This document shows, one piece after another, positions 30,290 through 40,898 of a DNA stretch of 64,000 bases; within the stretch, counting starts at the first letter, position 1, and every line of letters starts with the position of its first letter. The notes below the pieces were generated by a model. It searched no databases. It was not told where the DNA came from and saw only the letters and a list, made by a program, of their open reading frames with translations. The stretch spans positions 43,792-107,791 of the forward strand of contig JAMASS010000014.1 of assembly GCA_024761205.1 (NCBI GenBank), given 5' to 3'. The position numbers and the translations under genes were made by a program. This DNA is from Limisphaerales bacterium. GTDB lineage: Bacteria > Verrucomicrobiota > Verrucomicrobiia > Limisphaerales > AAA164-E04.

Positions 30290-31044
30290 CAGACAACAGT
30301 TTGAATCGAACAAAAGCCCGAAAGATTTCTCCCCGTGTCCATCCATGAAGCAAAAACCGACGGCACCATTGTGGCAACTTGCAGGGAAATCGGTCATTCG
30401 CGTCTTCAAATATCAGAAGTCATCTGCATGGCATACTCAGTGCCATTAACTGCCGGGTGTGTTCATCTAACACGACGGAAGTCATAGCTGATTCTCGAGA
30501 ACGTCTGATGGCTTCTGCATGACCTCGTAGCCTTTTTCGACTTGGTTGAGCCAATTCGCCATGGCGTTCCGATCCGTTGCCTGACTCATGGCGATACTGC
30601 GCACCCACGCGGGTGCCGTCAGCATTACCACTGACCTATTACAGCGCTCTTGTCGGAAGGACATTTGTAGACTCCATCCACCCCGTGATAGGGTGCTAGC
30701 TTCGCATACTTTGAGTCGGTCAGAAAAAGCGTATCCTTGTGCCGTCGGTATTTCCCGCGCTGAAATTCAACAAGCCACTCACCCATCCCTTGCCTTCTAC
30801 ATTCGTGCACTCATCCGCAATCTCAGGACCCGACGACAGCCAGTTATCGTGATCATCGGGATATCAGGTAGGCCAATTGACTCTGGCACAGGTTGCCCAT
30901 GCACTTGATTCCCTGCGCCTTGACCTTCCCTAATGCCGAGAGCAGCTCCATGCCTGCCAATATCGCAATGATGGCGATAACGACGAGTAACTCTATTGCG
31001 GTAAATCCAAGCAAGTTCCTACGGACACATATTTTTATTCTCAC
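30290..31044 (-). pseudogene. prepilin-type N-terminal cleavage/methylation domain (pseudopilin-like, DUF1559-type) pseudogene
   Basis: Intact N-terminus GFTAIELLVVIAIIAILAGM. Downstream family segments lie in different frames (VYKCPSDKS, VRSIAMSQ, VVLDEH) with stop codons between them. Confidence 0.55.
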
Positions 31045-31097
31045 TGAGTGAACTTATCCCCCTCGCTCTAAGAGATAAACGTCCAGCAAAGGTGAAA

Positions 31098-31133
31098 GCA
31101 GTGAAAAATCGCCGCACTCCAAGACGCTATTGC
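31098..31133 (+). repeat. copy b of the ~35-nt hairpin-containing repeat
   Basis: gcagtgaaaaatcgccgcactccaagacgctattgc. Confidence 0.7.
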
Positions 31134-31216
31134 ACACAATGTAGATTGCGAAAAACCGGCAGTCTCCAGAGTGCGGCGCTCCCTCGACGCTTTGGATTTT
31201 CTCCGATTCTCCCCAA

Positions 31217-31243
31217 GAAAAAAGAGACGCCCCGAGGGTCGTC
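31217..31243 (-). terminator. candidate rho-independent terminator of the TBDR/beta-helix transcription unit
   Basis: On the minus strand GACGACC-CTCG-GGGCGTC (one mismatch) is followed by TCTTTTTTC, 32 nt after the stop at 31275. Confidence 0.45.
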
Positions 31244-31274
31244 CCTTCTGCATTTTTCCGATCTGTTTCCGAGA

Positions 31275-32858
31275 CTATTGTGCGATCACACGAGCGAACG
31301 CTGCCGTCAGTGTCGTTCCGAAGGTCATGGCCACAACCGTTCCATCACCGGCGATAGGCTCTCCAAAATCCGCCCAATCATTCAAGTCGGTTGACACCTG
31401 AATCTGATAACTCGCACCGGCAACCGTCATGAACGAGAGATCGACCTCCCCTCCCCCTGCGGATGCGGCGACACTCAGGACAGGCGGCGGCACTTCAGTG
31501 ACTGGCAGTGTCGGCACGCCGGCACCGTCTTGAGTGATGTAACCACTCGCTCCCAAGGCTGTCCAAGAGGAGGCCCAGTTGACATCACCAAAGGCACCCT
31601 TGTAGTCCACCACCGCAAAGAACGGATCATTCGACACACTCACCGTCCCGGACAAAGCCGGGCTAGTCGCCCGGGGGCGAGGATCCAGCACCCCGTCAAA
31701 GGTGCGGCTAATGCCCCGCAGCTGAGGATCAACAATCATGTTATTGCGATCGCCTTCTGTGAAAAGCGGCAAGGCATTGCCATTGGCAATCTCGCTCGGC
31801 TCGCTGTCATCACCAAAGGCCCACCAGATATTGTTACGGAAGTCCAAGTCACCAGCCGCTACCCGGCCGGCACTGTCATCCTGAACATCGATACCACAGC
31901 CACCGAAATCAGTAAAGATACTGTTGTGGTACAGAGCACCCGCGTTATCGCGAATGTTGAATGCTCGACGCGTCGTCTCCGATTCTGCACCCGCGCCGAT
32001 GAAGGTCGCATTGTAAATTTCCGGCCGAGACAATGGCGTCTTAGTATCGTCGTCGACGTCCCCATCATGCTCCCCAGCATCGCCTGAATCATTGTCTTGA
32101 ATCGTGAACCAGAACTGACCCTTGCCTCGGAAACCTTGATCATAGTCAAAAGAATCATCACCACAGAAGGCAACCGCCAACCACTTTGTGTTGACCGTGC
32201 CACCGAAAAACTCGATCCCGTCGTCAAAGTTCGCGAACACTTCGACAAATTCAATCGTAGTGCCACTACCAACCGCACCCAAGGTCAACCCATTGATCTC
32301 GTTATCTGCTCCGATTAGCGTGCCGCCGTGGCGAATCGAAACGTAGCGAATCACACCAGAGTCGTCGGCCTCGTCATTACCGCCAAAAACACCGCGCGGC
32401 TCATTGCGGTCGATCCCCTCAATATTATCAGTGATCGGCGTGCCGGAAGCCGTCGGGCTGTTCAGCGTCGAACGCCCCAAAACGATCAAGCCACCCCAAA
32501 AACCGCGATCGTTTTTGTCAAAGTCTTCAACATCACTGACATCATCAGCCTTGGCTGTGAAGATGATCGGGGCATCGGCAGTGCCCTCGGCAAAAATCTT
32601 GCCACCTCGAGCCACCACCAATGCACTGGCATTGGCGCCCTCGCCCGGTTTCCCCTTAATGACCGTGCCGGGTTCAATGGTCAGGCTTTCACCGTTTTCC
32701 ACGAACACCAGCCCGCTGAGGATGTAGGTGTTATTGGCTGTCCATGTCGTCGCCCCGACTATGGAAGCATCCGTCACCTCGATCGTTGCTCCCGTGACCG
32801 ACGCTGCAAAAGAGAGTGCGAAGCACCCAGAAAAAGTTCTGTCTAGAAATGATCTCAT
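31275..32858 (-). CDS. secreted right-handed beta-helix-like protein, function unknown (TBDR-associated)
   Basis: 527 aa with a signal peptide and repetitive G/D/N-rich turns (VIRYVSIRHGGTLIGADNEINGLTLGAVGSGTTIEFVEVFANFDDGIEFFGGTVN). It lies directly downstream of the TBDR on the same strand. Confidence 0.7.
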   Translation of the reverse strand: MRSFLDRTFSGCFALSFAASVTGATIEVTDASIVGATTWTANNTYILSGLVFVENGESLTIEPGTVIKGKPGEGANASALVVARGGKIFAEGTADAPIIFTAKADDVSDVEDFDKNDRGFWGGLIVLGRSTLNSPTASGTPITDNIEGIDRNEPRGVFGGNDEADDSGVIRYVSIRHGGTLIGADNEINGLTLGAVGSGTTIEFVEVFANFDDGIEFFGGTVNTKWLAVAFCGDDSFDYDQGFRGKGQFWFTIQDNDSGDAGEHDGDVDDDTKTPLSRPEIYNATFIGAGAESETTRRAFNIRDNAGALYHNSIFTDFGGCGIDVQDDSAGRVAAGDLDFRNNIWWAFGDDSEPSEIANGNALPLFTEGDRNNMIVDPQLRGISRTFDGVLDPRPRATSPALSGTVSVSNDPFFAVVDYKGAFGDVNWASSWTALGASGYITQDGAGVPTLPVTEVPPPVLSVAASAGGGEVDLSFMTVAGASYQIQVSTDLNDWADFGEPIAGDGTVVAMTFGTTLTAAFARVIAQ

Positions 32859-33148
32859 TAGTTTTAGGTTACCTGTGTCTTGCTGTTTTAATAGTGAATG
32901 TGACGGTGAGAGAAAACTGGACGCGCGTTACATAATTAAAGCAGAAAAGTTACGAATTAGTGAACAGGACGGTTTGCCTGCAACTTGCCAGAAAAACAGT
33001 GCCAGGCTCAAACATGACTTTCCGGGGCTCATCAAGTATGACCCAAGAAGGGTGTAACTTAGAGGCAAGTCAGCCGTCATGAAGACCCAAAGCAGCGAAT
33101 TACCACCACACCCTAGAACCTAGCAGCAGCGGGGAGGGTGGACTTCAG

Positions 33149-33182
33149 CGCGATAGCACTTCGGAGTGTGGTAATCCTTTGC
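33149..33182 (-). repeat. copy e of the ~35-nt repeat (minus strand)
   Basis: The reverse complement gcaaaggattaccacactccgaagtgctatcgcg aligns with copy a. It lies between the TBDR stop and the beta-helix gene start. Confidence 0.55.
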
Positions 33183-33214
33183 CCTCTCCCAACCACACAC
33201 GGGGCCGATCCCGC

Positions 33215-36205
33215 CTAGAAATCATAGCTCACCGAGATACCAAAGCTACGCCCTCGGTGGAAGGCCTGGTAAAGATACTCGGTGCCGCTACCATCAAAGT
33301 CGTAAGTCGTCTTGACCAAAGGATTCAACAGGTTTTTAGCGGAAAATTTAATCGTCCAGTTTTCGTTGAGACTTTGAGAAAGGGTGAAGTCGAGTGAATG
33401 CACGGGCTGCTCGAAGATGTGTGGCGTTTCTCTCTGGCCGACCGAAAAGAGCCGAGGACCAAAGACGTTGTAAAAGAAACTTGCCGTCGTTTCAGAACGC
33501 GGATTGTGATAAGTGAGATCGAGGTTCACAATATACGGAGACTGGCCAGTTAATTGGACTGAAGCGTCGCCACCAAAATCAAACGGTCCGGGATCCACCT
33601 CGGACTCGACGTAGGTGAAATTCCCACCTAAGGTAAATTCATCGAGTTCAGCTCGAATGAAATCGAGATTCTTCCGGGCCTCGAGTTCGAGTCCATAAAC
33701 CTTTCCCTCGCCTCGATTCTGGTACTCAACCTGGCGATTCGCCGTCACGGTGGTCTTCTGAATCGGATCGGTCAAGATCTTGTAGAAAAGGCTGAAGGCC
33801 AAAACCTCGCCTGGATTCGGAAACCATTCCCAGCGAATGTCGTAGTTGTCGATCGACGTCAGTGTCAGTTTCGGGTTCCCCACCAAGATCTCCCTATTCG
33901 TCACATCAAACACGGAGATCGGCGTGATCTCACGATAAGTCGGGCGAGCCAAGGTTTTGCCGTAGGAAAGCCGCAAATTCATGTCGGGAATAATCTCGTA
34001 GATAAGCCCGGCGGCCGGCAGCACCGAAGCCTCGTCAAGAATCGCCTCGCCCGGACGCTCACCCGAACTTTCCACCTTCAACTCAGTCGTTTCGTACCGG
34101 ATGCCACCAACGGCTTTGACCTTCTCGACAATCGGCAACTCGGCCATGATGTAATCGGCAAAAACATCCTGTTCGCCTTCGTAATTGTTGAACGGTCGCT
34201 CGACGATGTACTTGTTGAAGCGAAAGGATCCTCGCCCCGGGGCTTCATACCCAAGGTTTTCCGGAGACAAAAAGGCATCCGCATCACCCGTCTGATTCAA
34301 ACCCTGAAAGCGTGGCGACGAATTGCTCACATATTCAAAGCGTCGCTCTTTGAACATTCGTTCGGATCCGGAGTAATAGACCCCGAACTTGATATTCGCC
34401 TCCAATCCACTCCACACAGAAAACGGAATGGTATTGTCGAGCTTAAAACTTTTGTTGTCCTCATCCACCGAGCGAAAATACCGCGTCGGGGCTTGGTAAC
34501 CGGATAGGTTAATATCCACCGTTCCATTCGGTCGCCGCTGGAGCTGAAAGAGCCGGAGGTCCGGCTGATCTTGCAGTGTCGAGGCGAGCGAGGCGATCCA
34601 ATCGACTTTCCATCCCTTCAACTCAGCAAATTCATGATTCCCGCGAATCTGATAGGTCTGTAACTCGCGCTGGGTAAACTGCAGCACCCTTCGTTCAAAC
34701 GTGTCCGGTTCCACGCCAAAGAGAAATCCCTCTTGGAACAGCACCTTGTCTTCGCTATTGCGATTATAGAGAAAATTGAATCCCAACTCGTGGGTCTCGC
34801 CCAACCGATAGGTCAGGTTGACCACACTTCCCCAGGAAACCAAATGCACGGCTTGGATGTCACTGAGTTCCATGAACGGTTGGAGCGTATTCCCACTACG
34901 ATCGTATCGGCCCTGAAAGCCGTCATCAAAGAACAAGAAGTCTCGCTCGTAACTGACTCCCGTGAAAAAACCTAAATCCCGCTCAAACATCTGCACGGTA
35001 TCGCCAATCGAACCACCGAAATTATGCTTGATGAGCGAGGAGCCCTTGGAGGGCGTTATGACCGGTGTGAAGAGAGAGGAGAGGGCAATGATCTCATCCG
35101 CAGCCTCAGTTCGAGACTCCGTCGTTCGGCCACCTCCAGAACGCGTATCATTCACCAGTGCCTGCGTATTGACATCACCCGCCTCACCCCATTGGGCTGG
35201 GATATCGCGTGTTCCGTCATCAAATCCGATGAAATCCTTGTCGCCACCCGGATAACTCAAGAAATCCTCGTTGAAGGTCGACTGTTTATTATAGGTCGCA
35301 CCAAACGAAAGCTGGCTCGTAAACTCAGGAGGGAAGGACTTCGTAATGATATCCACCGAACCACCGGAAAAACTTCCGGGCTTGTCAGGAGTAAAGGTCT
35401 TGATCGTGACAATGCTTTCGATCGAACTAGAGGGGAAAATATCCATCTGCACCGCCCGGTGATCAGGGTCCGGGCTAGGCACTTCCGCCCCGTTAAGGGT
35501 CGTGTTGCTATAGCGATCACCCAACCCTCGAATGAAAACATACTTCCCACCGACGACCGAAGCACCCGTCACCTTGGTCATGATTTCAGCTGCGTTGCCA
35601 GCACCGGCTCGCGAAAAAAGATCAGAGCTGATGGAATCCGTCATGGCTGCGGCGTTCTGACGGTCACTGAGCAAGACAACGCTTTGATCAACAAAGGGCT
35701 CTGAGATGACCTCAAAGGGTTCCATCTCGTAGAACTCCGGTTTCATTTTGAGATCGGCATTTGAAGTCTGTCCCGCGATCACACGAATGTCGCTGACCGT
35801 CGAACGGGCATAACCCGATTTGGAGAAGATCAAGATGTGCGTCCCACCGGGAACCCCTTCCAATTGAAAACGGCCCGAAATATCGGTCGTCGCTCCCAAG
35901 GTAGTTCCCCGCAGTACCACCGCAACAGCCGGTAACGGAGTTCCTTCCCAAGAATCCGTGACGGTGCCGGCAATCCTCCCTCCCTCGGATTGAGCGTTTG
36001 CGTCCGGCAAAAGGCGGATCAGCGAGAAAATGAAGATCGAAAAACTCAGAGTCCAGCACCGCAACCACGCATAGCTCGCGAACTCAAAAGGTGGGATGAA
36101 CCTCTGTCGAGCCGGTCCTGCCCAATAGGGAATCGAACACGACGGACTTGGCTCGCCAGAGTCTCGCCCCACCCCGTTTCTCTTCTCGCGGACTCGCATT
36201 GGCAC
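33215..36205 (-). CDS. TonB-dependent receptor with N-terminal carboxypeptidase-regulatory-like domain
   Basis: 996 aa. The CarbopepD_reg-like segment is GRIAGTVTD..PLPAVAVVLRGT..TDISGRFQLEGVPGG. It has a plug region and a long beta-barrel ending in ..GISVSYDF (terminal aromatic). Confidence 0.9.
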   Translation of the reverse strand: MPMRVREKRNGVGRDSGEPSPSCSIPYWAGPARQRFIPPFEFASYAWLRCWTLSFSIFIFSLIRLLPDANAQSEGGRIAGTVTDSWEGTPLPAVAVVLRGTTLGATTDISGRFQLEGVPGGTHILIFSKSGYARSTVSDIRVIAGQTSNADLKMKPEFYEMEPFEVISEPFVDQSVVLLSDRQNAAAMTDSISSDLFSRAGAGNAAEIMTKVTGASVVGGKYVFIRGLGDRYSNTTLNGAEVPSPDPDHRAVQMDIFPSSSIESIVTIKTFTPDKPGSFSGGSVDIITKSFPPEFTSQLSFGATYNKQSTFNEDFLSYPGGDKDFIGFDDGTRDIPAQWGEAGDVNTQALVNDTRSGGGRTTESRTEAADEIIALSSLFTPVITPSKGSSLIKHNFGGSIGDTVQMFERDLGFFTGVSYERDFLFFDDGFQGRYDRSGNTLQPFMELSDIQAVHLVSWGSVVNLTYRLGETHELGFNFLYNRNSEDKVLFQEGFLFGVEPDTFERRVLQFTQRELQTYQIRGNHEFAELKGWKVDWIASLASTLQDQPDLRLFQLQRRPNGTVDINLSGYQAPTRYFRSVDEDNKSFKLDNTIPFSVWSGLEANIKFGVYYSGSERMFKERRFEYVSNSSPRFQGLNQTGDADAFLSPENLGYEAPGRGSFRFNKYIVERPFNNYEGEQDVFADYIMAELPIVEKVKAVGGIRYETTELKVESSGERPGEAILDEASVLPAAGLIYEIIPDMNLRLSYGKTLARPTYREITPISVFDVTNREILVGNPKLTLTSIDNYDIRWEWFPNPGEVLAFSLFYKILTDPIQKTTVTANRQVEYQNRGEGKVYGLELEARKNLDFIRAELDEFTLGGNFTYVESEVDPGPFDFGGDASVQLTGQSPYIVNLDLTYHNPRSETTASFFYNVFGPRLFSVGQRETPHIFEQPVHSLDFTLSQSLNENWTIKFSAKNLLNPLVKTTYDFDGSGTEYLYQAFHRGRSFGISVSYDF

Positions 36206-36242
36206 TCCTTAGCCCAGTAGTCTCGCCAATTCCATCGATGCC

Positions 36243-37634
36243 TCAACCCGTCGACGCACGCGCGACCCGTTCCACCGCTTCAAGGTATTTTTGGACATTG
36301 TCTCGGGGTTTCACCTTTTGCGCCTTTCGCAGCAACTCCAACGCTTCGTTGTACTCCTGTTGCCTCACCAACAGCTGTGCGTGCTTCAGCCAGGCGTCGG
36401 CTTCGTAGCCGTTAATCTTCGCCGCCAGGTCGTAGCGGAAAATCGCTTCCTCGCTCTTGCCTTCTTGGGAATAAAATTCACCGGCCAACAATAGCGCCTC
36501 TCCGTCCAGTGGATTCTTCGTGATGATCTGTTCGAGAACTTGAAGTGCCTTATCGCCCTCGCCATTGGCGATCGCTACCTTGGACTCAAGACGGAGAAGC
36601 TTGGCCTCTTCCTCACCGCTTATCGAGTCACCGTGAAACTGCTTGATCTTGGCAAAGAGCTGATCTGCCTCAACCCACGCCCCTCGATCGACCAAAATCT
36701 CCGTTGCTCGGAGTGACCGCCGGATGTCATTGACGCCATCCTGCTCGATCGCGTTGAGATAGACAGGCAGAGCCAGCTCCAGCGCCTCATCCAGCATATA
36801 GATGTCTCCCAACAGCATGAGATTCGCGAGAGTGGCTTTTCCCATCTTGCGCAGCATCTCCAAGTTCACTGCCGCGCGCCGGTTGTCCTCCATCTGAAGA
36901 TAAACATTGGCCTGCAAAGACCAGAGACTGGCACTCTCCGGATTTTCCGCCAACACCTCATCCAGTAACGCAAGGGCTTGGGAATAATTGAATCGGGCGA
37001 TATTGCTCTTGATCAAACCCAGCTTCCAATCTTGATTCTCGGGATCCAATAAAATGGCGTTTAAGTAGGCGGCCTCCGCTGACAAGTTCTTGCCCTCGTT
37101 CAAGTAAGAGAAACCGAGCAAGCCGTAAATACTGGCATCCACGGCACCAAGATTGAGGGCTTTCGTTAAAGACTTGGTGGCCTCGTCGTATCGGCCTTCC
37201 TGCGCCAAAGCAAATCCCATGTTTCGATGCGCCCGCCGAAAATCCGGAAACTTCGTGATGGCTAATTCAAACTGCTCGATCGCCTTGGCCGACTCACCCT
37301 CTTGAAAATACAACGCACCCATCGTAAACGGTAAAACGGCGCTTGAAGTCGGCGTAATCATTTTCTGCAGCCGGCTCATGGCCTCACTCGGGCTCTCACG
37401 AATCACATCGCCAAGCTCCTTGAAGGCCATTTGTTCTTCCGGCGTTTCAAAGCGGGGTTCAATCTCAGTATTAAAGCCATAGCTAGCCATGAACCGCTTG
37501 ACGAATTCCGGATTGCTCCAGAACTGCAACCGGGTCTCTTCATCCAATTTCGTCGCTTGCGCGGCTACTTGACTCACCAGTAGCGGCAGCGTCACAGAGA
37601 CGAGTGATCGTTTCACTAAATGCAACCAATTCAT
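36243..37634 (-). CDS. TPR-repeat protein (TtpD-like component of a TonB2-type system)
   Basis: 463 aa with a signal peptide and many TPR-like A/L/Y repeats. It sits immediately downstream of tonB, as in TonB2 operons. Confidence 0.8.
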   Translation of the reverse strand: MNWLHLVKRSLVSVTLPLLVSQVAAQATKLDEETRLQFWSNPEFVKRFMASYGFNTEIEPRFETPEEQMAFKELGDVIRESPSEAMSRLQKMITPTSSAVLPFTMGALYFQEGESAKAIEQFELAITKFPDFRRAHRNMGFALAQEGRYDEATKSLTKALNLGAVDASIYGLLGFSYLNEGKNLSAEAAYLNAILLDPENQDWKLGLIKSNIARFNYSQALALLDEVLAENPESASLWSLQANVYLQMEDNRRAAVNLEMLRKMGKATLANLMLLGDIYMLDEALELALPVYLNAIEQDGVNDIRRSLRATEILVDRGAWVEADQLFAKIKQFHGDSISGEEEAKLLRLESKVAIANGEGDKALQVLEQIITKNPLDGEALLLAGEFYSQEGKSEEAIFRYDLAAKINGYEADAWLKHAQLLVRQQEYNEALELLRKAQKVKPRDNVQKYLEAVERVARASTG

Positions 37635-37648
37635 ATCAATCTTTCAAT

Positions 37649-38302
37649 CTAACGGGTCAGACGAAACGCGATCTGCTGACGCACATAAGAACGTACTGGC
37701 TTTCCATCGCGGGTTCCGGGCTTAAACCGCCACTTCCGAACAGCCGCCAGCGCTGGTTTCTCAAATTCAGGCCGGCTCGAAGACTCCACTCGGGTATCCT
37801 GAACGCGGCCATTTTCATCCAACACAAACAAAAGCACTACCGAACCCTCGATCTTGGCCTTTAACAATTCCATCGGGTAGCGTGGGGCAACCTGCGCGAC
37901 CGCCTGTGGCCGTTGATCCAAATCGGCGATATCAAAAATAGCCACATCTTGAAGCATCTCTTCTCCGCCAAAGTTCAACCCCTTGCCGAAAACACCCCCA
38001 GTGCCCGCAGCAACATCCAGGTCTAAGTCACTGAGCGACAATGGCATGGATTGTTCGCTGAGCTCGGGCGGCGGTTCGGCTTCCTCGGGCTCAGGCGGCG
38101 GCTCCATCTCCGGCGGCTCCATCTCCGGCGGCGGCGGCGAGGCCGTATCGATCTGGGTGACCTCAATCTGACGCTTCGCGCCACTGGAGATCACTTGAGT
38201 CAGCGGTAACACCAGGAAAACACAGAGCGTTCCGACCAAAGCACCCAACACAGTCAATGGCCAACTGACTCCTGTCGTTGGAGGCGTGTAGACCTTTCGC
38301 AT
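37649..38302 (-). CDS. tonB: energy transducer TonB
   Basis: N-terminal TM, a Pro/Glu-rich spacer (PPPPEMEPPEMEPPPEPEEAEPPPE) and a C-terminal TonB domain (PRYPMELLKAKIEGSVVLLFVLDENGRVQDTRVESS..ALAAVRKWRFKPG). Confidence 0.85.
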   Translation of the reverse strand: MRKVYTPPTTGVSWPLTVLGALVGTLCVFLVLPLTQVISSGAKRQIEVTQIDTASPPPPEMEPPEMEPPPEPEEAEPPPELSEQSMPLSLSDLDLDVAAGTGGVFGKGLNFGGEEMLQDVAIFDIADLDQRPQAVAQVAPRYPMELLKAKIEGSVVLLFVLDENGRVQDTRVESSSRPEFEKPALAAVRKWRFKPGTRDGKPVRSYVRQQIAFRLTR

Positions 38303-38378
38303 TGGCGCCGATTAGAACGATTACGGTCGTCTTGTTTTCCGGGGGAAGTTTACAAATCAATCAGAGCTTCATTCTGAA

Positions 38379-38789
38379 TCAGCCGCCTGATCTTTCAGAA
38401 GCCAGACTCACCGAGATGGCACCGCCGAGCTTAGCCTCATCCACTACCTGAAGAACGATCCCATAGTTGGCGTTTTCATCACCTTGAACAATGACGGGCA
38501 TATCTTCGGCTTGCGTCATACGCTTCACCAAGGGCCTCACTCCGGCCACCCCAACTTCACGTCCTCCGTAGACCACTTGCCCCTTGCCGGTTACAGCGAG
38601 CAGGATACTGTTTTTCTCCAAACTGACGGCCGAAGCTGCCTGAGGTTTATCCACCTCAATCCCAGTCTCCTCGACAAAAACCGTCGTGACGATGAAGAAG
38701 ATCAGAAGAATGAAGACCATATCGATCAACGGCGATACGTTGATCTCTGATATCTCCTCCGACTCGTTGATCGATCGGCGATACTTCAT
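38379..38789 (-). CDS. exbD: ExbD/TolR biopolymer transport protein
   Basis: 136 aa with [19 protein letters not shown] and an ExbD periplasmic domain. It has a 4-nt overlap with exbB. Confidence 0.9.
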   Translation of the reverse strand: MKYRRSINESEEISEINVSPLIDMVFILLIFFIVTTVFVEETGIEVDKPQAASAVSLEKNSILLAVTGKGQVVYGGREVGVAGVRPLVKRMTQAEDMPVIVQGDENANYGIVLQVVDEAKLGGAISVSLASERSGG

Positions 38790-39466
38790 CCGGCTACCGG
38801 TGAGAGATCCAAGCCAGAGAGCCCTTCAGGTTCGGGCTCGGTAACGGGATCGCCAACCGGACCAGAAGGCGTTCCCGGTTTCTTATACTGCTGCACCGTC
38901 CGCGTTTCCAAATGGGCCAGAAATGCTTGATACTCATCCCGCTTCCGCTTGAGCATTTGAACCATCATCAAACCCGGCAGAGCGACGCAAAGTCCGACCT
39001 CGGGAGGGAACAGTGCTGCGGAGATCCCCTTCGCCATCATCCCAGCCATCTCCCCACTCCCAGCACCGATGGATTGAAAAGTCATCAACATTCCCATCAC
39101 GGTGCCTAGCAACCCGATCAACGGAGCAGCCGTAACCAGAATATTAGTGAACGTAATGTTGCGGTCGATGTAGGGAATCCTGGAAGCCACCACCTCGACG
39201 AATCGGCTGTGGATCTCATCCAGCGATTGCGCCTCATCTTGAGTGTATCGAATAATCTCCCCGATCTCACCCTCACCGCGCTTCGGATCCATCACCCACT
39301 GACTCCAAATCGCCTCGGGAATGCGATAACAATCCCGCTTCGAAAAATACAAAAACAGCTTAATCGCCGAGCTATAGATGAGAATGCTCAAAAAACAGAG
39401 GGGCATCATCGTCCACCCACCGGCTGTCCAAATACTCCAAACTCGATCAACAAAAAACTCTGTCAT
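38786..39466 (-). CDS. exbB: MotA/TolQ/ExbB proton-channel protein
   Basis: 226 aa with [19 protein letters not shown]. It has a 4-nt overlap with the upstream gene. Confidence 0.9.
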   Translation of the reverse strand: MTEFFVDRVWSIWTAGGWTMMPLCFLSILIYSSAIKLFLYFSKRDCYRIPEAIWSQWVMDPKRGEGEIGEIIRYTQDEAQSLDEIHSRFVEVVASRIPYIDRNITFTNILVTAAPLIGLLGTVMGMLMTFQSIGAGSGEMAGMMAKGISAALFPPEVGLCVALPGLMMVQMLKRKRDEYQAFLAHLETRTVQQYKKPGTPSGPVGDPVTEPEPEGLSGLDLSPVAG

Positions 39467-40875
39467 AACTTCTCACTTTCCGTTTCCTCCGCTTCTGGCA
39501 CACCATTGATGAAGCCCACTGTCACTTGCTCCATGCTTCCCAAAATCCCCTTCGCCTTTCGCGAAATAATCGCATGGCAGATCAGAGCAGGAATCGCAGT
39601 TACCAAACCGAATTTTGTTGTAATCAACGCCTCTGAGATACCCGCGGAGAGCATTCGAGGATCGCCGGTTCCGAACACCGTGATCATACTGAAGGTATTG
39701 ATCATTCCCGTGACCGTTCCCAAGAGGCCGAGCAACGGTGCCGTTGCAGCGGTCAGTGCGATCACCGGAAGCATACTCTCTAGAGACGGTTTGGCGATCA
39801 ACATGCGCTCATAGAGAATCTCCTCGAGGTACTCCTTCTTTTCTCGGCAATTTTCAACCGCGGTGGACAAAACCTCGCCAACCAAGCCCCTCATCCTGGC
39901 AGCATGTCCTTTGGCTTTCTGAATATTGCCTATCTTAATATAGCTTAACACCAGCTGCAGATCGGCCGGCGCGACCAGCTGGTTCTGCGATAGCCGCACC
40001 CATTTGAACAAGGCAATTAAAACTGCGGCGATTCCCAGACCGACGATGGGGACCATGACCGGGCCTCCTTTTTTTAAGTGCTCAATGAGCGTGTCCTTGG
40101 TCGCCGAAATCTTCAGTGCGTTTCCAAGGCTGGCATCGACAGGCAACATCCCGGAATTAGATTCAACCAGCGCACGAACAGCAGTCGCCGTTTCAGCCCC
40201 TAGATCAATCACCGTCGGTTCCGGTGACCCGAGCTGAAGCTGAGCCAAGCCACCACTCTGAGATTCTTTGCTCGAAAAGACGGCAATCGGACCAATCACA
40301 ACAAACTTCCCCTGCTCTAAAACACCGCTGGGCGACAGCGCATGCCCTTCAAAAAAATCGCCGCCCATCAGACGTTCCATACGATCCAGCGAAGCGTTCA
40401 GCAACGCCACCTGCTGACGAGACTTGTCAATGACTTCCAAATCACTATTCGCCATGATCACCTTTGTTTTGTTGATCACATCCGCATACTGCTGCACTTC
40501 GCTGATATGGATGCGGGTCTCAAAAACACGCACATACTCCGAGAGTAAACCGGAGACATAGTTGTGCTCGTCCCACAGACCTTTGACCTCCGTCTTGAGG
40601 GCATTCAATTCAACCAGTTTGTTGTCGGCTGATCGCTGCTGACGGGCCAGCTCTTGACGTTTCTGAACCACTTGGCTTTCCAAGCCGTTCAGCTTCTCGG
40701 CTACCGGAATTTTCTCGACGGCGATGGTATTTTGCAGATCCGACAGCTCGCTGAGCGCCGCTTCCAAATCCTTGATCACGTCCTCATTGATTTCTTCCAA
40801 AGACACAGCATGCGTAAGCCCGCCGGCGAGGGTTATCGCACCGACAAACGTGGAGGCTTTTGAGAGAAACCACAT
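39463..40875 (-). CDS. long MotA/TolQ/ExbB-family protein with large periplasmic coiled-coil N-domain (TtpC-like)
   Basis: 470 aa with a signal/TM segment, a ~250-aa coiled-coil/periplasmic part and a C-terminal ExbB core (TAATAPLLGLLGTVTGMINTF). This architecture matches TtpC of Vibrio TonB2 systems. Confidence 0.8.
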   Translation of the reverse strand: MWFLSKASTFVGAITLAGGLTHAVSLEEINEDVIKDLEAALSELSDLQNTIAVEKIPVAEKLNGLESQVVQKRQELARQQRSADNKLVELNALKTEVKGLWDEHNYVSGLLSEYVRVFETRIHISEVQQYADVINKTKVIMANSDLEVIDKSRQQVALLNASLDRMERLMGGDFFEGHALSPSGVLEQGKFVVIGPIAVFSSKESQSGGLAQLQLGSPEPTVIDLGAETATAVRALVESNSGMLPVDASLGNALKISATKDTLIEHLKKGGPVMVPIVGLGIAAVLIALFKWVRLSQNQLVAPADLQLVLSYIKIGNIQKAKGHAARMRGLVGEVLSTAVENCREKKEYLEEILYERMLIAKPSLESMLPVIALTAATAPLLGLLGTVTGMINTFSMITVFGTGDPRMLSAGISEALITTKFGLVTAIPALICHAIISRKAKGILGSMEQVTVGFINGVPEAEETESEKL

Positions 40876-40898
40876 GGGTGAAAAATCAAACGGAATCC

